Below are positions 10,270 through 21,399 of a stretch of DNA of 36,079 bases, piece by piece. This DNA is from Catajapyx aquilonaris (lineage: Eukaryota). The translations under genes were made by a program, and so were the position numbers. The notes under the pieces were generated by a model. That model was not told where the DNA came from. It saw nothing but the letters and a program-made list of their open reading frames with translations, and searched no databases. Numbering within the stretch: the stretch's first letter is position 1; the number at the start of each line of letters is the position of its first letter. The DNA is taken from positions 1 through 36,079 of the forward strand of contig JYFJ02003970.1 in assembly GCA_000934665.2 (NCBI GenBank). Reading direction: 5' to 3'.

Positions 10270-13129
10270 ATTGATATTATTTATTACATGAACATTACTT
10301 ATTTATTTTTTATAAGCTTACTCATTTATTGATATTTTATTGACATTACTTATTTAATTTATTGGCATTATTTATTTTATTGGCATTATAAATGACCAGT
10401 GAACCCCTTGAAAAGCTCCCCGGGCCCCCGAGTGTCCACGAAGTAACTTAGTTCGCTCATAGATGGCGCACCGTCCCTCTCTGCCCACTGCTGCCACTCT
10501 CATGCTCGTGCGAGGGTTTGTGGTACTACATGCACCTATCTGAGCCTGGACAGAGTCACAGACTCGAGCCAATTATATACAGGATGCAATATAGCCTACC
10601 AGTGATGTACGTCCAGAAATACATCGAAAATAAAGTTGTGTTATACTGGCCTATACAGTATACACTTATCGAATCCCGGTTGAGGAACATGCGAGTCTTG
10701 CGATACCGGGTACGTACGATTCTCTTCCGGATGGCGGGGCACATGCACATACACCTGTCAACTGTGCACACACAACACGGAAGTGAACGATAGGACAATC
10801 TGTAAGCCACATCCGACACACAAGTGTCCCATATGCTCCGGTTTCAGCTAAGAGAAGAAGGAAGAGAGGCAAAAGTGGGGGAAGGGGGATAGGAGGGGAG
10901 GAAGGGTGGGGAGGAGAACAAAAAAAAAAGAAGGAAAAAAAGCGTCGCCCACCTGCTGCGTGGGCGTCGCAAAGAATAGATTTTGGCGTGGGATGGTGGG
11001 ACCCACTTTGAACGTTTTCGAAGGAAAAATATATCTATGTATATTGCTTCAGATATTGAACCAAAATTTTGTTAAAAAAACCGACCTTCATTTTGGATTG
11101 GGGAGAAATTTTGTTGCAGACTGTACATTATGAAACTGCTGCTGGGAAAAAAAATTGTTTGCCAAAATACATTTTGCCGCGCATTTTGCACAGCAGATTG
11201 CCTAATTGCTAAAATTTAAAACATCCTTTCCATGTGGGCCAGATGGTTATAAAATATTAATATTTAAAAAATTGTAGTAATATTTGTGGCCAGATATTTA
11301 TTTGCTAAAAGTGGCCCAGGTTATTATTTAAAAATACGTAATAGTCGGATTTCCGGGCCGATTCAAATTAGTTGTAAAAAAAAATGGTATGTTCATTATG
11401 ATGCATGCACAAACTGACGGCCATTTTCAAAATTTTGCTTTATTTCAAAAGAACGTAATTTTTGCAAAAACTGTCCATTTTTTTTTGCAAAAGTGATTGG
11501 CATATCAAAGTACATTTATTGCCTAAGCTGCCTGGTCTTATCTGTAGATTCGTTTTGTTATGCAACTGGGTAATTTGATTTTGTTTATTTACAAAAAATA
11601 TACATTTTGCAAAAATTTCCGGTTTCCATATTCTCACAACGATCATCCCCAATCCGATTTCGAAATGTGCAAATTCTCACAAACATTAAGCAGCTGAGAA
11701 TTTTGTGCATATTTGACAGGTGCTTCCTTGCCTTTTAAATAAATGCACTGTAAACATTTTTTCTAACATAATAGTCGATCTATAGAATAGCAAACTTGGC
11801 AAAAAATGACCCCTCCCTTGAGTTTCAAAATTGCGATTTTTTTGCATTATTTGCCATCGTTCGTAATATCTCGCCGTCCTGGGGCCCCCCATCAACCCAG
11901 ATTTGCAAACAAATCTGCGAACATTTGCGAAAAATTTGACTTCTGAGCCATGACTAACCAGAAATATTTTGCACATTAGATTCGCACAAAATTACCCCCA
12001 CAATTCAAGTTGTTATATGAATTTTATCGGCTTTAAGAATTTTCTCTCTGTTTACAATATTTATCTATCAATCTATATTAATAATGTAATACAGCTAGGT
12101 AATGCAGAGGTCATTTTGCGATTTCACTAATTATTGCAAATATTGGCCCTCACGGTTTGTCAGAGTTGCAGATATTGGCACATTTGACGCCAGGAATGAA
12201 ACCCAATTATGTAATTGTCACGTCTGAGCAAGCAAGAATTCCGGAAAATTACGCACAAATGCATTTGCATAAAATTTGCAATGCTCCGTAAAATGCAGAT
12301 CGTCACATCTGGCACATGCAAAAAATTCGCACATATTGCAGACAAAAGTTGAACCAACTTTGGAAATATGTCAGTGGTATACACTCAAAGTTGCAATTTT
12401 GTGGAGCTTCGGTCAGTAAGTGAACAAAATCATCTAATTGTGCGAATATCCGCCAATCTGCTCTCCACTTGTCTGCCATCTGCCATCTGCCATCTGCCAT
12501 CGACAATAATTCGCACAATTACTTTCGGTAGAAGTGAACCAGATTTCAAAATTTGCAAGTTTCCTATATGTTATAATTACAAAAAGGGCAAATTTGAGCA
12601 ATTCATTGCACATTAAAATTTGCAACGTGACACCCGGCAATAGAATTCAAATGTCCTCCTACCTCGTAAGAACAATTCGCAAATTGTTTGCATATATCCT
12701 GCACATTTGCAAAAATTATCAACATTTGCCATCCCCCAATGATATTCCAATATCTACCTGAATAACCCATTAATGTGCAAAAATCTTCACGTGTCCGCAT
12801 TTTAGCAAAAATGTATCATTCCACTCCGAGATATCTCAATGCCCAAAATGTGCAAATCTGTGCAAATCATTCCACAAATGTCCAATTTTTCAAAAACCAG
12901 ATATCCTGCTGTCATATCATACATCGACTCAACAATGTGCAAAAATTAACATCAGTTTAGCAAACACTTGTAACATGTCCTCCGCAACCCTTCAATGCAC
13001 ATTTGTATCCTCCCACATTAAACTCTCAATTCGCACATTTCCATTCAAAATTCGCAAAAATGGGGCAATTCGTCATATTGCCTAAAATTTCTGCACAATT
13101 TTGATTCTCAAAATGATCGCGTATTGCAT

Positions 13130-14185
13130 CATCTTAAGCCTACAATTTGCAAATTTTGTTAAAATATTTTCGCAAATATCAGTATTTAAGAGCCTGCCAA
13201 TCTACTGTCAACTCGTCATATCGTCTGAAATCTTCGCACAATTTCGATTCTCAAAATGTCCACTTGCATCACATTGCCAATTTTACGAATTAATAATTTC
13301 GCAAATATCAATCTTTAAAAACCTGCCAATCCGCTGTCAACTCGTCCCAAAATATTTGTACTTATATAATTCCCAAAATTTCGAAGTCCATTGCGTATTA
13401 TATCATATTAACCCCACGATGTGCAAAGTTTTTCGCAAACACGAGTATTTAAAAACATGCTATAGCCTGCTGTCAACTCATTTCCAAAAATTTCGCACAC
13501 TTTCGATTCGCAATATTGCGTCCACTTTTTGAAGCCCGCAACTTCCAAATATTTCGCGAAATATCAGTATTTAAAAACCTGCCAATCAGCTGTCAACTCG
13601 TCACATTTCCAAAAATTTCGCACATTTTTATTTGCAATATTGCGTCCACTTGGTTCAATATCATTTAAGCCCGCAATTTCCAAATTTTTCGCACAATATC
13701 AGTATTTAAAAACCTGCCAATCAGCTGTCAACTCATCCAAAAATTTCGCACATTTTTGATTCGCAATATTGCGTCCACTAATTGGTTCATATAATTTAAG
13801 CCCGCAATTTCCAAATTTGTCGCACAATATCAGTATTTAAAAACCTGCAACTCGTTATAACATTGTCGAAAAAATTCGCACACTTCAGATTCTCAAAACT
13901 GATCTCCATGTCCACTCTGTATTATCTCAACCACACGATGTGCATAAATTTTAGCAAATTATACGAGTATTTGTCGACTCATCAAATTGTTATCAATCAA
14001 AAACATAATCAATCATATTATCAATTTTTGTGCACACTTTCAATTCGCAAATTTGCGTCGTCCACTCGATTCATCTAATTTAAGCCCGAAATTTCCAAAA
14101 AAAAACATCCCCAAAATTTGAACATTCAAAAACCTGCCAGTCAACTCGTCATATCGTCCGAAATATTTGCACACTTTCAATTGGC
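13130..14185. repeat. Degenerate tandem repeat of about 130-135 bp (7-8 copies) inside a larger AT-rich, probably transposon-derived block (about 11.0-14.2 kb)
   Basis: AGCCCGCAA at 13533, 13668, 13799; recurrent ATATCAGTATTTAAAAACCTGCCAATCAGCTGTCAACTC; (CTGCCAT)4 at about 12473-12500. Confidence 0.85.
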
Positions 14186-14880
14186 GAAAAAAGCCCTCCC
14201 TCTAATATAATCCGGATCCAAGAGCTACTATAGATGTATAGTCACCTGTTGATCGCGGCCCGGATCCCAACCATATGGCGCCTGAATTTTGGCTGGGGCC
14301 CGACCTTGCCTCGACCTTGACCTCCAAAAACCAGGTGTTCTGCCCAGGTCCAATCGGTCAGAGAGCTGTTGGCGGGGGTCAAAAGGTCAACACTAGTTTA
14401 GATCCGGCCCATCCTTGCACACCACACCATCGCGCAATATTTCGGCCAAGTAACCCTTCTCGACGGGTCCAAAGCGGGCCTCGCACTCTGCTGCCCCGAC
14501 CGACCGCGACTGACTGACTCTTTACCCTACTTGTCCCCGCCTATGGAGCCCTCGACCGAAAAGGAGGAGGACACTCACGCAGCATAACGAGCGCTGCTCT
14601 CCGCAGGGCCGCCTTCACCGCGACTGGGGCGACTCCGCGCGGCCCCGCGCTCAACCACGCCTTTTCAACCTGCCTGGATGCCTGCGGTAAATCCAGTTTC
14701 TCCAACCCCGGTTTAGAAAACTGGTCGTTTATTTCCTCAAACCCAGTGTATTGCAGTTAGAAGCTCAATTTCAGGCAAGGTGTCATCTGTTGGCCATGTA
14801 TCCGTCTCTATATGTCTCGATCCGTCTACTAGTAAGATAATAAACCAACAGGTGGCGCCACCAAGCATGATTAATGAGCT

Positions 14881-15178
14881 CGGTGGTGTCATCTGTTGGT
14901 GACTGTGGAGGTGTCATCTGTTGGTGACTGGTGGTGTCATCTGTTGGTGACTGCAGTGGTGTCATCTGTTGGACAGTTGGTGACTGCGGTGGTGTCATCT
15001 GTTGGACTGTTGGTGACTGGTGGTGTCATCTGTTGGTGATTGCGGTGGTGGTGTCATCTGTTGGCGATTGCGGTGGTGTCATCTGTTGGTGACTGCGGTG
15101 GTGTCATCTGTTGGTGACTGTGGAGGTGTCATCTGTTGGTGACTGTGGTGGTGTCATCTGTTGGACTGTAGGTGGTGT
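14881..15178. repeat. Minisatellite of about 24 bp (GGTGGTGTCATCTGTTGGTGACTG)n, about 11 copies
   Basis: Tandem units with invariant GGTGTCATCTGTTGG; one further isolated copy at about 14779. Confidence 0.95.
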
Positions 15179-15188
15179 GTATCAGTCT

Positions 15189-15303
15189 CTATAGATCAGT
15201 CGCTATACGAACGCAACAGAGTGGCCAATTTTATTACAAACTGTATTCCTTCATGTAATAAAATTGGCCACTCGGTTGCATTCGTATAGCGACTGATCTA
15301 TAG
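15189..15303. mobile_element. Short palindromic MITE-like element
   Basis: 50-bp arms CTATAGATCAGTCGCTATACGAA.GCAAC.GAGTGGCCAATTTTATTACA with 2 mismatches and a 15-bp loop. Confidence 0.75.
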
Positions 15304-16679
15304 TTGGAGAATTCACCAACGGATGTCACAACCACACATGAAAATGAGTCCAGAGATCACTCCGCGCCTGAGACAGAGCCCCCAAATTCTGCGATCACGC
15401 TGTGGGAAAAAAAATATATATAGGCTTTGAAGTTGTTTTGCATTGATAGCAACACTTTCGTTTCAGAAGCTTGACATGATGCAACATATTGCATCCAGTA
15501 CTCTAACTTAAAAATTGTGCAGAATTGTGAAAAATGTGTAGGATGGTTTTTTGTTCCCAGTGTCAAATTGTACCTACACACAAAAATTTGTAACAAGTAT
15601 CTTGAAACCAACACCTGCGAGACTCAGCAGATAACTGGCCAGTTCCTCCAACCGGGGTTAACGATAACTGGGTGTTTACAACTATGACATTCAATGCTGA
15701 ACCCTACTGTGCCACATGGTCAAAGATGCTGTACCTTCACCTTAAACGCTAGGTATGACCTGCAAGCATGACATCACCAGTTAATTTCATACCCGACAGG
15801 CCTTGACCCCCAACCTTGCCTATCCCAAACTCCGGCTTCAAAAATAAACCCTGGGTAAGCTCCAACAACCAGTGCCAAATGAGCTGAAAAATCACGGCAA
15901 AATCACCACTCAGCGCTAATCACTTTCCAGTTTTTATTAAAGCACAAGAACTTGAAACCTCACTTAGAAACATGGGGGTCGGTTAAAACTGGGTGTGGGG
16001 GAAATATATGGGGAGGTTACGACGACTGGATAACTCAGGAAGCTAGGTTACAAAAATACAAGTTGCCAGATCCACATTTTTTATCACCTTTCATTTAACT
16101 GACAAGGCGAAACCAAAATTATTACCAGATTTACCATAAAAATTTTACGCATGGTTCTACTCTACACGACCTAGTTCTCTGAATATGTCGATCGCATCCA
16201 GATACATGTTACCTTCTTGACATGTCGATCCAAGTTGATTGCTTCAGGGGGGAAATGACAAAATTTATTGTTACCTTTTTTTTAGTGGGATGAAAATGAA
16301 TGTTTAGGAGAGTGCGGCTGCTGCATTTGAGGTTTGTTTTTTTGGGAGGGGGGGTCCAGATTTTCTTTTCACCAGTGACATAGACACGAAAGTAAAACAC
16401 ACAAAAAATAAACAAGGGGTCAGGGGTCGGGAGTAGCAGTCCTCTCTACACCATAAGGGGGCTAATATCTTACCATTAGACTTTCTTTAGATGGGGATTG
16501 AAGGGCACGGTTGCAATGAGGGGAGGGAGAGAATCTCCGAAACAAAACTATAGTGTGCTCATATCTACTTCCTAGCCACTTTTTCTGAGGGAGGTGGTGG
16601 ATTTTTTAAATTATGTGTATGGATATTTTATATTTTTTTGTGGTCTTCCCTCCGGTCCTCTTGCGTTGTTATTTCTTTT

Positions 16680-18560
16680 TTAGAAGCCGTGCACCTTGAG
16701 TTGGTCTGGCTTGGCGAGTCCAGTTTTGGTCAGCCACTGGCAGATGTTCTCCCTCTGGTCTCCCTGCAGCTGCAGCACTTCTCCGTACTCTGGGTGCTCG
16801 ACTACAGTGCCATTGCATGCGAATTCCTGCGGGGGGGAAACAGAAGCGATTAGTCAAAGTTCCCTTGCCGCAATTAGGAAGATCATACCTTCTTGCAGGC
16901 CCTCACAATCTTCTTCAAGTCATACTCAGATGACAAGCCCTGCACGGTGGTGAGGGTCTTGCGCCCGTTGCGCTGCTGGATCCTTATGTGCACGAAACCA
17001 TCCTGCACCCCCTCATCAGTGCCCTTGATTGCATCAGCAAAAGGGTCTGCAAGGTACGAAAGAAAAGGGGGAAAAAATCAGTACATTGTAAAAAGAAAAA
17101 AAAAGTCAGCCATGTTGAACCTGCTGACTTGACACTACAAACAAGGATCTATAAATAGAAGCTTCCATTATCATGTGGCTGTCCTATGCAATGGTGCAAC
17201 ACTACAAGAGTGACCTTTCCACTTGAGCGAATGTCAAAGTTGTCACACTGATCAACACACAAAAATCGGGCCGTTATGTGCATTACGACTTCAACATAAA
17301 CATCCCTCTTGGGGGAACTCGCGCAGCCATTTACAAGCCCGACAGGAAAAGAAAGGAAAGTCACAGGAAGTCCTCATTACATGTAGACCAAGTTTCCCTA
17401 CAATGCAATTAGCAAATGACGGAGAAATCACAGCATGCATTAGAGTTCTGAGTGTCTCTCATAAAGGGAACCATCCAGATAATGTCAAGAAAACTATACG
17501 ACACATTCGAAAACGGAACCACACTGAAAATTCAGATAGATTAACCAATAAAACATCTTCGCATTGAAGGAGAAATTCTAGACCACTTCCATGTGCCGCA
17601 CGACTCTGTAATAACTAAACAAATTGTCTAAGTCCACTTAACATGAACTTTAATAACTATCAGACACACTTCTTGAGACTCGGAAGTGTCAAGTCATCTT
17701 GTTGCATGACTAAGCATTTTACTCCTTGCCCTCACGTAACTTATATTGCGATATTTCCTGCCCCAAATACATTTCTAAAACTTTGCCTCGACACTAGGCT
17801 TCACTCTGACCTTCCCCGCAAGGTCAGAGCCCCGACTTAGCTGAAATTGTCTTCCAATGCAAATAACAACCATCCAGACGCACCATGGCAATTCAGGTAG
17901 AGATAACTAGCGTAACAACCAGACATGCAATATTGGCCAGGTTTCTGAAGAATGTACGTCAAATATTGTAAATTTCATGCCAACAGGTCCACATTAACGG
18001 TCCGCCTCAGCAATAATATTATGAACAGACCGATGTCAGAAGCTAAACTGAACTTGTCTCGCTGTTCCCCAAAATATTCCGCATTGGGCAGGTTACCCTG
18101 CACGTAACGAGCAACGAGGGTTCGTTATGGCCCGGTGTCGCTGTATACACTGCCTTCATCGCTACGTACTCCCAGTATGACAGCTACTGGTTTAGTTCGT
18201 TAAAAAAATCCTCCCAAAATTTATACAAAAAAATTGTGCAGAACTTGACGACTCATTCAGGGTTCATTGTAGCATTATCAGATACGCACACAGCATGTGA
18301 CAGCTCCCTCGAGTGACCCTCCCCAAGTGCATAGCCTGATTAGGCCTGACGCAATTATTCCACCAAATTACTGCCAAATTCCATCAAAAAAAATTCCCCC
18401 TGTATGAAATGGCGAGGTCAACGACCTTGGAACATTCCACATAACGGTTAAAATTTCTCCCTACAATATATATATATCCCCATCTATTTTTTTTCCCTCC
18501 CCTTGTTCTTTTTTCTTCATGTACCAACTCACCGAATGTGTTAAGATTCTGGATGGACAT
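16680..18560 (-). CDS. eIF1: Eukaryotic translation initiation factor 1 (SUI1), 110 aa, 3 coding exons
   Basis: Exons 18560-18533, 17046-16889, 16826-16680 with GT-AG introns join in frame: MSIQNLNTFDPFADAIKG...FVHIRIQQRNGRKTLTTVQGL...KKEFACNGTVVEHPEYGEVLQLQGDQR...LKVHGF*, all hallmark eIF1 motifs. Candidate AATAAA signals on the - strand at 16263-16268 and 15933-15938. Confidence 0.98.
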
Positions 18561-18734
18561 ACGATTCGAAAGTCTTGCACCCGGAAAATGACTCGTAGGC
18601 TTCGAGAAGGTTCTTCGGTGAGCTTGGAAGGTCGGATGGACTTGGATTAAAATTGAAGGGTTGTTCTTAGAAGGCAAAAATTTTCCACCCCGACCCAAGC
18701 TCCTCTGTTGCAACGACTGGTGGAAAAATGAAAC

Positions 18735-18752
18735 GGAAAAGGGAAAGAGGGG
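18735..18752 (-). promoter_or_regulatory. TCT / 5'TOP-type pyrimidine initiator of eIF1
   Basis: The - strand reads CCTCTTTCCCTTTTCC about 190 nt upstream of the eIF1 ATG. CTCTTTCC is the typical start-site motif of translation-machinery genes, and no ATG lies between it and the start codon. Confidence 0.65.
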
Positions 18753-19080
18753 GGAGGGGGGGGGGGGGAAGGGTGCTAGGTGACGCCTCTTCGAACAGTC
18801 AACTAATTGGTTTTAGAATTTTGAAGATTAATTAGAATTTTAGAACACTTGTTCGAAACAGATTGTTAAAATTTTCCGGGTTAAATTGTGCGGACGAATA
18901 GGCGTTCACACTGTGGTGTCCGTTCCGTTTCAGCATGATTCGGCTGGAAAAGTTGCTCAGCCACACGTTTATATTAATTATTATAATTAATAAGTTGTTA
19001 GGATATGTACTTCTGTGCCGAAATTATTAAAATAATTAGATAGAATGTTGAGCACAAACGGATCCGAAAGTGTGAACAAT

Positions 19081-19460
19081 CCGGTGATTGGTCAGCTGGT
19101 TGCATCCTCGGTTTTTAATTGGTTAGCGTCTAAGGTCGATCTGCAATATGGCGGCCAGATTGCGCAATCTGATTGGTCGAACTGTGGATTGAACGTGTAA
19201 ACGTGGGTGCTGTTACCTTATTGGTCGCGAGTCACTGGAGCTGCAATATGGCTTCCGTGGATTCTATTGGCTATGTCGCCATTGAGCAGGACGGCTATTG
19301 GTCCGGTGTTCCAATATGGCTGCTGAAAAATCCGAAGTGGTGATTGGTCCATCCCGTACTGGATCGTGTAAACCAACTCCTCGTGTCTGATTGGTCCATA
19401 TTACACCTCATTTAGCGACTATTGGTCCGTTTGTCCACACCGAGCTGCAACATGGCGCCC
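19081..19460. promoter_or_regulatory. CCAAT-box (NF-Y) and YY1/Pho-like motif array in the divergent eIF1 / BTB-psq intergenic region
   Basis: ATTGG at 19087, 19118, 19172, 19220, 19266, 19297, 19343, 19390, 19421; AA(T/C)ATGGC at 19145, 19245, 19313, 19449. Confidence 0.7.
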
Positions 19461-19680
19461 GTTCTAATTAACACGCAATTAATTAACCCCGCAATTAATT
19501 TTCCTCTCCTAATTTGCTAACTACCAGTACACACCCGGTGTTTCTAACGGGCAAATTCCGGACCCCCCCAAGCCACCGCCCCAACACAACGGAACGTTTC
19601 ATGGCGTCCGTCTCTTGGAACGGAATTTCGGACGGGAATATTTGAGATTTCAACAAGATATTTTCATCCATCGAAAAGAG

Positions 19681-21269
19681 ATGAGCTCCACGCAGACCTA
19701 CACCTTCAAATGGAACAACTACAGCTCCCATCTGACAGGCTCGCTCAACACCCTCCTCCACTCGCAATCCCTGGTGGACGTCACCCTCTTCGCCGAAGGA
19801 AACAAGATCAAAACACACCGGGTCGTACTCTCAGCATGCAGCCCTTACTTCAGGGTAAAATATGGCTTTAATTAAGAGAGGAAATATCTGAACATATAAT
19901 GTGACCCCTCTTTTTTTGGTAGGATATATTCAAGGATATGGACCACAAGCATGTGGCCGTTGTGGTGATGGGCGTGTCGCATCAGGATTTGCACACGCTT
20001 GTGAACTACATGTACAGCGGGGAGCTTACGATCAAGTCGGATCACCTGCCGTCGCTTTTGGAGGCGGCGAAGCTTCTGCAGATACGTGGGCTGATCGAGG
20101 TGTGCCAGCAGATGCCGCTGATTGACACCAAGCAGTGTATGGACCAGACGGTGATCATAGAGGAGGCGGAGGAGAGGCAGGATCCGGCCGAGGAGAGCGT
20201 GGAGATGGCCGAGGAGATGGAGAAGCCCAGTGAGCTCCAGGTGGAGAATGTGATGACACTGCAGCAAGGAGAGGAACGGCAGCTGGTCGGGATCATCACG
20301 CCGGAGCAGGACGCGGAGGAGCAGCAGAAACGGCGGAAGCGGAGACGCGACCAGCCACGAAAGGAGTACAGGTACCAATCGGCGTAATTGACACAATGCA
20401 AATGTACATCTCGCGCATCATTGCAGTGGGGAGATCTTCATGGCGGCGATGGAGGAGCTCCGGAAAGGAAAGAGCATCGGCGAGGTGTCGTCCGAGTACG
20501 GGATCCCTCGCTCCACCCTGTACGTGAAAGCGAAGATGCACGGAATCCGGCTCATCATGACACGCCAGGAGTACCCCCGAGACCGCGTAACCGCAGCTGT
20601 ACATGCGGTCGAAAGCGGCGCAAGCCTGAAGCAAGCCTCGGACATCTACAAGATCCCAAAGACGGTCCTGTGGAGACGGGTCAAAATGATCGGGAAACTG
20701 GAGACTAAATCGGAGAGCCAGCCACGACAGAGCAAGAGCCCGGAGGATGCGGAGGCTCAGACTGTGGGCAAGATTGTGAAGGAAGGTCAGCTGCAGAAGG
20801 CGGTCGATGCATGTCGGAAAGGTCACATGTCACAGGCGGTCGCTTCGGCCACGTTCCAAGTGCCCAAGACCACGATCTGGAGAAGGCTACAGCGCTTGCA
20901 GAGGCCTGGAACGGCAAGAGATTCGCAAGGAGGGAACATAACGGTCATGTCGGAGACGGATGAGGAAGTCGAGATAAGCCAGAGCGACCTGGAGGGAATG
21001 GGAGAGAGCACCGTGATAATCCTGGCCCATCCGGGAGACAACCTGGCGCAATTGCAAGACGGCACGCCTGTCATCGTAACAACCGTAAGCATCATCGCAC
21101 CGTGTACAATCGCCCGCATGTAAAACTGTTTTCTCTCTCTTCAAAGGGCCAGCTTTCGTCTGAAGGACCGATTGCAACAATAGTTTCGGCAGCATCGGAG
21201 GTGGAAGTGTCGTCCGGCGAGGCTATGGAGGCAGTGGACAACAGTGCACAGGATACCAACAACGCTTGA
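19681..21269 (+). CDS. BTB/POZ (Ttk-type) plus three pipsqueak HTH motifs transcription factor (psq/bab family, possibly piefke-like), about 467 aa
   Basis: Exons 19681-19854, 19923-20371, 20427-21084, 21147-21269 splice in frame. N-terminus YTFKWNNY...LVDVTLFAEG..IKTHRVVLSACSPYF...LVNYMYSGEL..LLEAAKLLQIRGL is a BTB domain; psq motifs YGIPRSTLY, YKIPKTVLWRR, FQVPKTTIWRRL. AATAAA at 21344-21349. Confidence 0.93.
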
Positions 21270-21399
21270 ACATTTGCATGTTATCATCGAACATAATATT
21301 TCCCCCCAGAGTTAGTTTTCCCCTGTACAGCACAACAGATTGTAATAAAGAAGCTGTTTGTCACCAAATTGGACGTCACGGTAACCTTGTTAAACAACC

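Noticed and set aside
10392..10793. 133-codon + strand frame with one internal TAG (read-through candidate; KLPGPP resembles a P450 hinge)
   Set aside because: Homologous repeat copies have stops elsewhere in this frame, and no other P450 motifs are present.
5791..10819. Apparent peptide similarity between ORFs 5791-6066 and 10556-10819 (VCT.D...RKR.V)
   Set aside because: The first arises from a 28-bp tandem repeat, and nucleotide similarity is not convincing.
8950..15178. CRISPR-like interpretation of the regular repeats
   Set aside because: Eukaryotic context, no unique spacers between identical repeats and no cas genes.
17047..18532. snoRNA or poison exon in eIF1 intron 1
   Set aside because: No convincing C/D or H/ACA box pair, or splice-site pair, was found by eye.
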